Shown: piece by piece, positions 49,530 to 61,782 of the stretch | Position numbering within the stretch: the first letter of the stretch is position 1 | How the letters are laid out: each line of letters opens with the position of its first letter | NCBI RefSeq assembly: GCF_963921235.1 | Contig: NC_086097.1 | Location: forward strand, 20,214,001 to 20,278,000 | Length of the DNA stretch: 64,000 bases | DNA from: Mobula hypostoma | Lineage: Eukaryota | Direction: 5' to 3' | Program-made: the position numbers and the translations under genes | Notes under the pieces: generated by a model | The model's input: the letters and a program-made list of their open reading frames with translations, nothing else | What the model was told of the DNA's origin: nothing | The model's database searches: none

Positions 49530-49922
49530 GAGTGGCCACATTATTTTGTACCTCTTGTACCTAATAAAGTGGCGACTGAGTGCACGTTCATGGTCTTCTG
49601 CTGCTGTAGCCCATCCACTTTAAGGTTTGACATGTTCTGCATTGGAAGATGTTCTTCTGTACACCACTGTGGTAACATGTGGTTATTTGAGTTACTGTTG
49701 CCCTCCGCCAGCTTGAATGAGTCTGGCTGTTCTCCTCTGACCTCTCTCATTAACAAGGCATTCTCACCAACAGAACTGCAGTTCACTGGATGCTTTCTGT
49801 TTTTCACACCTTCCTCTGTAAGGTCTACAAAATGTTGTGCACGAAAGTCCCATGAGATCAGCAGTTTCTGAGATACACAAACCACTCCGTGATGACAATC
49901 ATTCCACAATCAAGGTCATCAG
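49530..49922 (-). mobile_element. Tc1/mariner-type fragment
   Basis: GTGGCCAC.TTATT..GTAC end motif; minus strand reads CW*ECLVNERGQRRTARLIQAGG.ATVTQITTCY.SGVQKN, similar to the Tc1 N-terminus. Confidence 0.6.
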
Positions 49923-51329
49923 GTCTGAGAGAAAAGAGAAAAGAATGCCGGTATATAGCAGCAGAACCCATAACCTAACAGTTTCTCTTCAACCACCACT
50001 CCCCCACCCAGTTCTGTCTGTCCATCATCCCCTTCCCTCCCTGTTACCTACTATCCCATCCCCACTTTGTACTGCTATATACTGGCAATCTTTCCTCTTC
50101 CCTCTCAGCCTTGATGCAAGATTGATGCCCAAAACATTGACGTACCTTTTGTATCCTCAGAGGTTGATTGACCAAATGAGTTCAAGATTGTTCAAGGCTT
50201 CAAGATCGTTTAACGTTATCTCCAGTGCAGATGTGTAAAGGGGAACAAACAAACTAATTGTTACTCCGAATCTCATACAGCAGAAAAAAAACACAAGATA
50301 AAGAACACAACTGTTTAAAAAAACACTATAAATACATAAGGTGACTGACAGGAAATGATAAAGTAGTAGTGGAAGGGTGGGTTGGATGTTGATCAACATT
50401 ACTGCTTGGGGAAAGTAACTGTTTTTGAGTCCAGTGGTCCTGGCATGGGTACTACATAGCCTCCACCCTAAAAGGAGTGAGACAAAGTGAGGGGGATCTT
50501 TGAGCAAAGAATAGGAGCAAAATGGGTGGGATCCTTCATGATATTGCTGGCCTTTTTCTGACATCTTTCGTCCAGCATTCTGGGTTTTTTTGTTCCAGAC
50601 GCCGGCACTTGCAGCCCCTTTTGTCTTCAAGAGTGACTTGCATTTATGTTAATTAGCTCTTGGATCTAATGGTCAATCTCATAAAACCAGCCCTAGAAGA
50701 GAAGTTGAGAGTCTGTCCAGGAGCTGTTAATTATTCATTAACTTCAAGGTAGCGTCATGCACTGTAGACACTCTGTATTGCTGTTAGCCGAGAGTGAATA
50801 CAATAACTAGCTCAGAGCTGTCTAAGAGGAGCTGCATTTGGAGGTTCAGAGAGTTTCAGTGTTCAGAGTTTCTTACAGCATGATTTCTGTCAGTGATGTA
50901 TTGGGTTCAGGGTCATGTGAATAATGGTGGATTGGCCAATAATCAATAGTTATCATCATTTGTTGTGCTGCAGTGATGGTAACTTCCTCATGATCAATCA
51001 CTTGCACAATGATAAAATCTAGACAGACGCCAGTGCCTGGACCTGTAATATTCCCATGTGATTCTGCACATGGTCATTTCATAGGTTAGCAAATCTGTCC
51101 AGCCACTCCAAATGTAAATAGGATGTACAAAGACTGTACTTTCCAAGCTGAAATATAGGCTATCCAGTGGCCCCACTCCTTACAGGTAAGTGGGTTGCTT
51201 GATGTGGTGTCCAAATCTTATTAGATTTAAGAGCTCCTAGATTCAATGATTGCTTAGTTACATCCACTTGGGAATTGTACCAAAGGCAAAATCAGGTACT
51301 CAATTTGAGGAAGGCCCCACAAGCACAGA

Positions 51330-51685
51330 TTTACTTTATTGTCGCCAAACAATTGATACTAGAGCATACGTCATCACAGCGATATTTGATTCTGTGCTTC
51401 CCGCTCCCTGGAGTACAAATCGATAGTAAATAGTAAAAATTTAAATTATAAATCATAAATAGAAAATAGAAAAGGGAAAGTAAGGTAGTGCAAAAAAACC
51501 AAGAGGCAGGTGCGGATATTTGGAGGCTACGGCCCAGATCCGGGTCAGGATCCGTTCAGCAGTCTTATCACAGTTGGAAAGAAGCTGTTCCCAAATCTGG
51601 CCGTACGAGTCTTCAAGCTCCTGAGCCTTCTCCCGGAGGGAAGAGGGACGAAAAGTGTGTTGGCTGGGTGGGTCGTGTCCTTGAC
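51330..51685 (-). mobile_element. Young Rex1/Babar-type LINE 3' end
   Basis: Minus strand KDTTHPANTLFVPLPSGRRLRSLKTRTARFGNSFFPTVIRLLN followed by 3' UTR with AATAAA. Confidence 0.72.
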
Positions 51686-52587
51686 CTGTGTTCAGAACAT
51701 TGTAATAGCCCAGCTCTCATTAAGTTTTCAAAACTAATGAGCACACAATACCTCTTCATTTTGAGTCTTGAGTAGCAGCACCATACCTTCACATTTTTTT
51801 TAAAGACTGAGAAGGCTCAAAGCAAAATTTCTCAACAAATCCTCTCCCCTGTACTTCCCCACCCACAAGTCTTTGCAAAGTGCAAGATCTACCCTGCCAT
51901 CCAAATTTTATTTCACTGTATGCTACAATTCAGAGGTTATTAGAATCATAGTTATACAACATGGAAATGGGCTCTTCAGCGCAACTCATCATGCCAACAG
52001 GTTGCTTACCTGAACTACTCCCATTTGCCTGTGTTTGGCTCATATTGCTCTGAAATATACCTGCATACTTGTCTAAAAGTTTATGGTCATTTGTAATTGT
52101 ACTCGCCTCTGCCACTTCCTCTTGCAACTCATTCTACGAAACTAACACCTTTTGTGTGGAAAAATTTGCTCCCAGGTTCCATTCAAATCTTTCCACTCTC
52201 ACTTTAAACCTATGTCCTCCAATTTTAGCCTTCTATACTCTGGGGGAAAATTGTGACCATTCACTTTTTCTATGCCCCTCAAGATGTTATATTCCACTAC
52301 AAGGTCACACATCAGCCTCCTACACTTTTCTTATGAGTAGTCAATTGTTAGCTTAAACTTGGTTAACTAAAATCAGCTGAAAAATTTGTGAAGCCATATT
52401 AATGGTATTTGCATAACTTCATTCAAATTAGGAATGTTTCATCAAATATATGTGTAATAAGCAGTGTAATCAAATATTTGAAATCAGATAGTAACCACAC
52501 CCAAATTAAGGCTTTGATAAATTCTTGTAAATAATTAAATAGAATAATTTGCAAGTGTAAAATCCAGCCTTCCTGTCACATTTATAG

Positions 52588-52706
52588 GAAAAGGCAAAGA
52601 TTCACTTGAAGAAAAGTAATTCTTTCAGTGATATTCGTTCACTATCTTCTCATACACTGCCCATCTCTACGACAAACGCTGCAAGGAAAAGGCAGTCGGC
52701 TGTCAG
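52588..52706 (+). CDS. FAM161B: FAM161B coding exon 6
   Basis: tag|GAA...GTC AG|GTAAAA; 119 bp; EKAKIHLKKSNSFSDIRSLSSHTLPISTTNAARKRQSAV(R), resembling the FAM161B SLS..TLP...T.A.RKR.SAVR motif. Confidence 0.88.
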
Positions 52707-55700
52707 GTAAAACAAAACTGAAAGTTAACTGTGTGGATAATGCATCTGATGTTTCTTTACAGTTCATTGAAGATGGATGAAGAAATAATGCATTATAGAG
52801 ACTTGCGCAAAGTACTGGAGGAACTCAGCGGGTCAGATAGTATGGACTGTCGCCATTTTGGGTCAAGACCCCTTATCTGGACTGGAAAGCAAGGGAAGAA
52901 GTGATGATAAAAGGGTGGAAGAAATGGGCTGTGCACAAGCTAGTGGGTGATAGCTCAATCCCGGTGAGAGGGCAAGGGTAAGCAATTGGGGGAGGGGGGA
53001 GTTGGAACAACGTAAGAAGCTGGGAGACGATGGGTGGAAGTGACAAAAGGCTGAAGAAGATGGAATCTAATAGGTATTAGACAGTGGACCATGGAATAAA
53101 GGGAAGAAGCTGAGAAGGGGAACTAAAGGAAGGAATGTATGGGTGATGGGCAAAGGAGGGGAAAGAAAAGTGATAATGGGCTGGTGGGATAAAGGAAAAC
53201 AAAAAGGGGCACAGAGGATAGTCCATCTGTCTCTGAGCATATATAATGTCACCTGTGGATCAGTAAGAAATTTCTGCTTGTGCTGAATTTGAATTGAAGC
53301 TCCAGCATCTCAGTACACTTCAGTCATTGCGTTTTTACTGAGCTGTTGTACACAGTCATTTGAATTCTAGCCATAAGTTTTTACTGAAACAGTGCAAGTT
53401 GTTGCTGCTTCCCTTTTCTTTCTCCTTTCTTCCCAGAAATTGCTCCCTTTATCTGATTCCCTACTGAAAGTCATTTTTGAATATCTTTCTATCTTAATTT
53501 CAGAGATAACAGATGAATGCATAAATGGTTTTTGTTTCATGTCACCTCTGCGTAATTTTCACCAGTCAACTTAAATTTGTTTGTTATGGCTTTGTGCCTG
53601 TGCTCTTTATTTTTCTTTAGTCTATGAAAAGCCTCTGGTTTAAGCACCTCTCCTAACTCTTGTTTTTCTTTCTACTCTTACCAGCACAACCAAGCCTTTC
53701 ATCCCTGGTACTTTTCTCGTCAAGTTTCCAACATCTGCTCTGGACTTTGACATCCTTTCCTAAGCATGGTCCATAGATAATGGCCATTATAATCCAGTTC
53801 AAATCTAGTTTAGCAGAACTTGATTTCATACCCTGTATTCTTCTCTAATAATGATCCCAGATGGCTTCATGATAACTTTACCTTGCTTCCTTCAAAGACT
53901 TGTATGTATACAAATCCAGTTCAATACTCATCTCACATTCCATGTATTTTTAAAAATAATTTACTGACAGTGGAAACTTACTTTGCCAATTTGGATTGTT
54001 CTGGTATTACAGTGTGACAAAAAGTAATTCAGTGACTGTATTACATGTAATGGAAGGGTTTCTTTGTTGTAAACCCCCTTGCTGTTTCTGGGTCTATTGT
54101 CCAGTGTTCTTAGTACCTTTATATAGCAACTATGAATAGCAACCAGAAACAACTTGTTCTTGCAATACAACGAACATTTATTTTGTATGAAAGCTAATAA
54201 TCTACCCTATATAGCAATCAACAACCATTTAAATAGAAATAGTAGCCAAAAACAATTAATACTTGTTAAATTGTGAGTTGAAACATGAGCAAAAACTCAT
54301 ATCCAAAGTTTATACAGTTTAATTCCTACTCCTCCAGTACTGGGTCATTGCCTCAAATACTTCGTAAGGGAATGTTAGGAAATCAAACTGTAGGGAATGT
54401 TGTGTACAAGGGTAGTTGTGTGGAGTGCTTGAATGACACCCCTGTAAAGATGACTATTTGGATAGCTCCTTGCCTGGTCGATAGGATGTCGGATAAGCAA
54501 CATGATCAGTCTGAGTCAGCAGTGGAATCAGAAAAGAGAAGGAGCTCATAAAGACATGTGCAACAACAGCATGCATATTGAAAGACGTCCACTTGAGGAA
54601 CAATGGGTAGACTCGATGTAAAAGGAATCAAAGTTAGATTCCAGAGAAATGGGAAAAGAAGCATTTCAGGTGAATTTACTAGTTATTAGAGGGGGAGGAT
54701 GATGATGATGAGAAAAGTCTTCTCTCTGCTTGTGGTCACGTAGGGTGTAATTTGTATTGCTGATCAAGGGAGTTTAACTGGAATGGAACAATTGAGCAGA
54801 CTGAATAAGTAGGAAAGATAGGCGATGAAGAAGATTGGAAAGGGAAGGGAGATCAGAGATCAGTTTAATAGGTACTGCTGGATGAGGATACTAATACGCT
54901 GGTATTTTCAGCACATCTGCATCTGTTAAAGATCTCCACTCTCCACCATGGTTTATATTAGAGAGGGCTGGGTGGTAGTTTGAAAGAGAGGAAGATCAGT
55001 GATAAGGTTTCATTTGTAAAGTGGGTGTTGATGATGGCAGATTTTTAGGGGGAGAGAGTGGTCCCAGAGAGAGGAGACATGAGGCATCTTGGGGAGCCAG
55101 AAAGAAAAGTTGAGTGATTGTCAGTGTGGTGGGAATAAGATCAAAGGTGCAAGGTTGGATTATGGCCAAGATAACACGGATAGTCTGCCAATTCATATTT
55201 TTATTGAAGCAGATAATAATCTAGACTTTAGTAGTAAACAGAAAGATGTATGTGTGAAAGGTCCAATGGCAACAAACTTGCAATGTGGCTATCAAACTAC
55301 TCAGAGTAACACAGACAAAATTCTGGAGGAACTCAGCAGGTCAAGCAGCATCTACGGAGAGATATAAACAATTAGCGTCTTGGGTTGAGACCCTTCATCG
55401 GGATTCCAGCTTCTTCCAGATTTCCAGTACCTGCAGAATCTCTTGTGTTTATCAACTTTCCTAGCACAACTTATAACTTTCAACAATGTAGCCAACAACC
55501 TCGAATATATAAACAGGTATAACGTTGTGGCATCACTGAATCATGGCTGAAGGATGGTCGTAGGTGGGAGCTGAATGTCCGAGGTTATGCGATAGGAAGT
55601 GAGGCAAAAGGGGTGCTGTAGCTCTGCTGGTAAAGAGTAGCAGAATCAGCAGAAAGGTGTGACATAGGATCAGAAGATGTTGAATCCTTGTGGGTTGAGT

Positions 55701-56022
55701 TGAGAAACTGCAAGGTTAAAAGGACCCTGATGGTAGTTATATACAGGCCTCTCAACATTAGCTGGCATGTGGACCACAGATTACAACGGGAAATAGAAAA
55801 GGCATATCAGAAGGGCAATGTTATGATAGTCATGGGATATCTTAACATGCAGGTTGATTGGGAAAATCAGGTTGGTAATGGATCTCGCGAGTAAGTGTTG
55901 AATGCCTACAAGATAGCTTTTTAGAGCAGGTTGTCACTAAGCGTACTAGGGGATCAGCTGTACTTTCTGGGTGTTACGTAATGAACCGGAAGTGATTAGG
56001 GAGCTTAAGGAAAGGAACCCTT

Positions 56023-57609
56023 TCTTTATTAATCTTTTTATTGATTTTTAAAAAGCATAAATACAATCAAGAGGAGAATTAGTTCAAATATATATGTCGG
56101 CAACAATATAAACCAAGATTAAGATAGACATTGTCAAAATCATAAATATTGTTAAACTAGTATAAAATATATAATAAAAAATGAAAATAACAATTCTCCT
56201 CTTACCAGTTTATGAAGAGAAAGGAAAAAACAATGGGTTTTAAATGAAAAGAAAAAAATCCCACTACACTACACAAAAAAAAACAAAAAAAAGGGACTGG
56301 GCAGTCCATTTTGAGGATACGATCAAAAAAGGAAGAAAGACTTTCTGATCAAATCTAAAACTTAGAAAGGAAAAAAGAAGATTGAAAGAGTAATAAATCA
56401 AATTAAATAAAAAATATTGGATAAAAGGTCAACATATTTGCTCTAATTTGAAGGATGTTCCCCTTATTTCCTCTAAACTTAAACAGGACACAATGGAGGA
56501 GAGCCAATAAAAGACTGTAGGTGGATTAGAATCCTTCCACTTCAATAAAATGGTTCTCCTAGCCAATAAGGTCGAAAAGGCTATCATACGTTGAGCGGAA
56601 AGAGGAATATTTCCTGCTTCCGATGGGATAATCCCAAAAATTGCCTTAAGCAAATTAGGTTGTAGATCCAGATCCAAAACTTTTGATAGTGTTTTAAAAA
56701 CATTTTTCCAAAAGTTATCTAGCTTTATACAAGACCAATACATATGTTAAAGTGGCCAGCTCTGTCACAAATACGATTAATATTGGAGAAAATACGCGCT
56801 AGTTTATCCTTTGACATATGGGCACGATGCACTATCTTGAACTGTATCAAGGAATGACGGGCACAAATAGATGTGTTGTTAACCAAATGAAAAACTTTAC
56901 TCCATTGATTATCTGAAAATGACTCTTGAAGTTCCGATTCCCAAGCGCGTTTAATTTTATCATTAGATATCATTCGTGAACTCAGTAACTGTTTATAGAT
57001 TGTAGCTATCAACCCTTTTTGAAATGGTTTAAACTGAAAGAGAACACTTGTCATATTAGGTAGATAAGCAGAAGGGTAATTTGGTAACAAACCACGTAAA
57101 AATAAAAGTCCTAATTTGTAAATATCTAAAGAAGTGTATCATATGATAGATCATATGTATCCACTAACTGAGGAAAAAGACATTAAACAGTCCCCTAAAA
57201 ACAAATCTGAAAAAGTTATTATTCCCTTGGTTTTCCAAATTAAAAAGGCCTTATCCAAAATTGATGGTTTAAAAAATAATTGAGATAGATATTACTAGAG
57301 AGAATAAATTATTTAACTCAAAATAAAATCTACGAAACTGAAACCAAGTTCTTAATGTATGTTTAATAATGGGATTAAATTCTTGTCTGCTAATCTTAAA
57401 AATCAAAAGGGGAAGAGAAACTCCCAGTAAAGAGGCCACCAAGTTTACCTCTAGATCTAACCATGAAGGACAATCATGTATATCTGAATAGTGAATCCAA
57501 GAAGTAATATGTTGAATATCAATTGCCCAATAGTACATTCTAAAGTTACACAAAGCCATACCACCATCCTTTTTTAATTTCTGCAATAAGGGTTTACTCA
57601 ATCTAGGAT
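56023..57609 (-). mobile_element. 5'-truncated L1-clade LINE (ORF2 C-terminus, A-rich 3' end)
   Basis: LQK.KKDGGMAL.NF.MYYWA, IQFKIVHR.HMSK.KL..IF and H.YWSC.KL..FW motifs; 13 bp TSD GAAA(G/A)GAACCCTT at 56010-56022 and 57610-57622. Confidence 0.85.
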
Positions 57610-58354
57610 GAAAAGAACCCTTAGGAGGCAGTGATCCCAATATAATTGAGTTCAACTTGAAGTTTGACGAGGAGAAAGTAAAATCTGACATAGCAGTATT
57701 TCAGTGGTGTAGAGGAAATTAAAGTGGTATGATAGAAGAGCTGGCCAAAATAAATTGGAAGGAGATGCTGGCAGGGATGACAGCAGAACGGCAATGGTGG
57801 GCATTTCTGGGAAATATTAGGAAGGTGCAGGATAGATGTATTCCAAAAATGAAGAAATACTCAAATGGCAAAATATTACAACTGTGCCTGACAAGAGAAG
57901 TCGAAGCTAATGTAAAAGCAAAAGAGAAGGCTTACAACAAAGCAAAAATTAGCAGAAGATAGAGGATTTGAAAGGTTTTAACAACCTGCAGAGAGTAACT
58001 AAAAGAATCATTGGGAAGGAAAAGATGAAATATGAAAGCAAGCGAGCAAACAATATCAAAGTGGATAGTAAAAGCTTTTTTCAAGTATGTATAAAATAAA
58101 ACAGATAAGAATGGATATAGAGCTGCTAGAAAATGAGGCTGGAGAAATAATAACGGGACAAAAAGACTATTTTGCATCAGTATTCACTGTTGGAGACACC
58201 AGCACTGTACCAGATATTGAAGAGTGTGAGGAAAAAGAAATGAGTGCAGTTACTATTACAAGAAGATGCTCAAAAAGCTGAAAGACCTAAGGGTGCATAA
58301 GTCACCCAGACCAGATGAACTCCACCCTAGGGTTCTGAAAGAGGTAACAGTAGA

Positions 58355-58469
58355 AATGTGTCATCTTTAACTTTAAGGGAGTAAAAAATTAACTGATTTC
58401 CAAAAGGTATAACTATTCACAGTAACAGAAATTTTGACCAGGGGTGCCCAAACTTTTGTATGCCACTGT
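58355..58469. mobile_element. Tc1/mariner terminal fragment
   Basis: Ends GGGGTGCCCAAACTTTTGTATGCCACTGT, a typical Tc1 TIR end; replaces part of the host CR1. Confidence 0.55.
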
Positions 58470-60459
58470 GGAATAGATGAAGGGGAGGCAGTGGATGCTG
58501 TATATTTAGACTTTCAGGCGGCCTTCAACAAGGTGTCACACAGGGCTGCTTACCAAGTTAACAGCCCATGGTACTACAGGAAAGTTGTTAAGATGGCCAG
58601 AGCATTGTCTGATTGGAAGGAGGCAGTGAGTAGAAATAAAAGGATCCTTGACTGGTTGGCTGCCAGGTGGTGTTCCGCAGGGGTCGGTGTTGGGACCACT
58701 TCTTTTTATTCTATATATCAATGATTTAGATGATGGAATAGATGGCTTTGTTGCCAAGTTTGCAGGTCATAGTCATAGTCTTACTTTATTGATCCCGGGG
58801 GAAATTGGTTGATGATGTGATGATGTGAGATTGGTGGAGAGGCAGGTAGTGTTGAGGAAACAGGTAGGATGCAGAAGGATGGACAGATTTGGAGAATAGG
58901 CAAGAAAGTGGCAAATGAAATACCGTTTGTACAATGTTAGAAAGTGCATGATCATGAACTTTGCTAGTAGAAATAAATAAACAGACTATTTTCTAAATTG
59001 GAAGAAAATCCAAAACTGAGATGCAAAGGGATTTGGGAGTCCTTGTGCAGACCACCCTAAGGGTTAACTTGCATTTTGAGTCTGTGGTATGGTAAGGAAG
59101 GCAAATGCAATGTTAGCATTCATTTCAAGAGGCCTAGAATTCAAGAGCAGGGATGTGATGCTAAGGGTTTAAAAGGCACTGGTGAGGCCTCACCTTGAGT
59201 ATTGTGAACAAGTTTTGGGCTCCTCATCTCAGAAAAGATGTCCTGGCATTGGAGAGGGTTCAGAGGAGGTTCACGAGGATGATTCCAGGAATGAAAGGGT
59301 TATCATACGAGGAACGTTTGATGGCTCTGGGTCTGTACTTGCTGGAATTTAGAAGGATGACGGGGGATCTCATTGAAATCTTTCAAATGTTGAAAGGCCT
59401 AGACAGAGTAGATGTGGAAAGGATGGTTCCCATAGTGGGATAGTCTAGAACAAGAGGGCACAGCTTCAGGATAGAGGGGCGTCCATTTAAAGACAGAGCT
59501 ACAGAGAAATATCTTTAGCCAGTGGATGGTAAATTTGTGGAATTGATTACCACATGTAGCTGTGGAGGCCAGGTTGTTGGGTGTATTTAAGGCAGAGATT
59601 GATAAGTTTTCAATTGGACATGACATCAAAGGTTACGGGGAGAAGGCTAGGGAGGGAAAAAGGGATCAGCCATGATTGAATGGTGGAGCAGACTTGATGG
59701 GCCAAATGGCCTACTTCTGCTCCTATATCTTATGGTCTTTTATTTGTGCAGGTGGAGCAAGAAATTAGGATGCAAATAGGAGGTTGACTTTTATGTAATG
59801 GGATTTGAATACAAGGGGACAGAGACTTTAGGACCCTGATGAGACCATGTTTGAAATCTGAAGTAAGGATATGCTTGGGGCAGTGGGGGAGAGATGCAAT
59901 TAAGGTCCAATGGCTCGGAGGGATTTGCCTTGTAAAGAGAGATTAAGCTAACTAGGCCTAATCTCAGAGTGGTGTGTAACAAGAGATAATGTCAGTGAAA
60001 TATTGACTACCTTTTGCAGGGTATTTTCTTTTTACTACTTTGTATTTGTACATGGTTTAATATGCCTAGATGACACAAAAAACAAAATCTTTTCTCTGCA
60101 TCCCACACTTGTGACAATAATAAACTAATAGCAGGTTTTGTTCCATCAACAAACTAGCATTCAGTTCCCTCACCTTTGTGAAGTGTTGGGCTTCCAGCAC
60201 TGATCTCAGGAATATCTCTCAACCCAGCACCTGAGGAAGTCCCATAATTCCTCCTGTTTCTTATCTGTCAACCAATTTACAAATGGCATGATATTAACCC
60301 CTTTCTCATATCTATTAAATCTGCACATGGGACATGCGGACTGTTATATGAGACTTTATCAAAGGCTTCCATACACCACTGGTTCTTCCTTTTCCATTTT
60401 ACCTGTTACTCCCTCAGAAAACCAAGTAAGTTTATCAAGAACACAAGATTCTGCAGATG

Positions 60460-60860
60460 TTGGCCCTGAATGGTGGTGAGGAAGAGGTGTGGGGGCAAGT
60501 GTAGCACTTTTCATGATTGCAGGGGTAAGTGCCAGCAGGGAGGTCAGTGGGGAGAGATGAGCGGACAAGGGAATCGTGTAGAGGGGAATCCCTATGGATA
60601 GCAGATGGGTGGATGAAGGACGGGTGGGAGGAGGACGGGAGGGTGTGCTTTGTGATAGGATCCCTTGGATATGGTGGAATTTACGAAGAATGATGTCCTG
60701 GATACAGAGGCTCAGGGGGTGGTAGGGGAGGACAAGGGAAGTCTTATTCCTGTTATGATGTCAGGAGAATGGGATGTAGGAAATAGAGGAGATGCAAGTG
60801 AGGACAGCAAAAGCAGTGGTGGAAAGGGAAACACTATTTGTAAAAAGAGGACATCTCATA
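60460..60860 (-). mobile_element. Degraded Penelope-like coding fragment
   Basis: Minus strand resembles the RVPLVLTYHP...AFRRD.SL.D...C....C.TC segment seen at 35400-35650. Confidence 0.6.
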
Positions 60861-61230
60861 TCAAACCTTATTTTTCTTTAATAAATCCATCTTCACTTTA
60901 CACAATACTGCTTTCTAAGTGGTTTGATCTTTATAAGCTCTAATTCTTACATTTTGTCTTCCACTGATGTTAGGCTAATTGATTTATGGTTACTTGTTTT
61001 CTCTCTCTCATGCTTTTTAAAAAGTGGGATTACATTTTCCATCCTTCAATCTACCCAAACTGTTTCAAAATCTATAAAATTCTGTTAAACAGTTAATATG
61101 GAACTCATTGCCAATATAGCAGCACCCATTTAATAAACAAAGGAGAATTTTTGTGCCAATATTTGGCAACATGGAGCTATGTTTGATTGGAAGTAGTCCT
61201 TTGAATATGACTTTGATGTTTATTCCATAG

Positions 61231-61398
61231 AAAATCTCTGGAAGAACGAGATAAGCAGGAAATAGAAAAAGCTGAATGGATGGAGAAGTACAAAAAGAAT
61301 GTCCAAGATATAAGCAAAAAAGTATCAATCCGAGCTAAAGCGATGGACTCTCATCAAAGCCTTGCAGAGACCTTCAAAGAAATATTGAAGAAGTATAG
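61231..61398 (+). CDS. FAM161B: FAM161B coding exon 7
   Basis: tag acceptor; KSLEERDKQEIEKAEWMEKYKKNVQDISKKVSIRAKAMDSHQSLAETFKEILKKY(R); 168 bp, phase 2 to 2; weak AG|GTCTGT donor. Confidence 0.88.
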
Positions 61399-61682
61399 GT
61401 CTGTAGGTTTCTTAATATAACACATTTTAATTGTATAGAAAATTTATCAGAATTCTTAGTGTATGACTCTTAAAGGAATTACCTGTCATGTATGTAGTGC
61501 TAGTTGAATGCAAAAAGTCCCATTACATTAGTGCAGAGTTGAGGAAGTGAGTTCTGTATGGTCTCTCTATCATTTCTCTGTCAACAAACTCCGCCAAGCA
61601 GCAACTCCTCTTGTTCATAGTTTAGCTGTCATAAAGGCCTTACACTTGCTTCTATCACTTAATAACCTATTTTAATTCACAG

Positions 61683-61782
61683 GCAGGCGGACCTTAGGAG
61701 GAAACAGGAGTACAAGAAGGAATTAGAGGAGATGAAAAGGAGAGTCTGCAGCAGACCCTATCTTTTTGAACAAGTCACTCAG
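61683..61782 (+). CDS. FAM161B: FAM161B coding exon 8; gene continues beyond right edge
   Basis: cag|G CAG GCG ... QADLRRKQEYKKELEEMKRRVCSRPYLFEQVTQ|GTAAGG; RP.LFEQV motif; 100 bp. Confidence 0.9.

Larger units (their letters stand above)
55520..59738 (+). mobile_element. Degraded long CR1 ORF2 (APE to 3' tail), interrupted by an L1, a Tc1 end and a Rex1 tail
   Basis: ITESWL, VESLWVEL, IYRP, PLGGSD, KSP.PD.LHPRVLKE, YLDFQ.AF, GVPQGSVLGP, KFA.D; tail ATCTTATGGTCTT. Confidence 0.88.
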
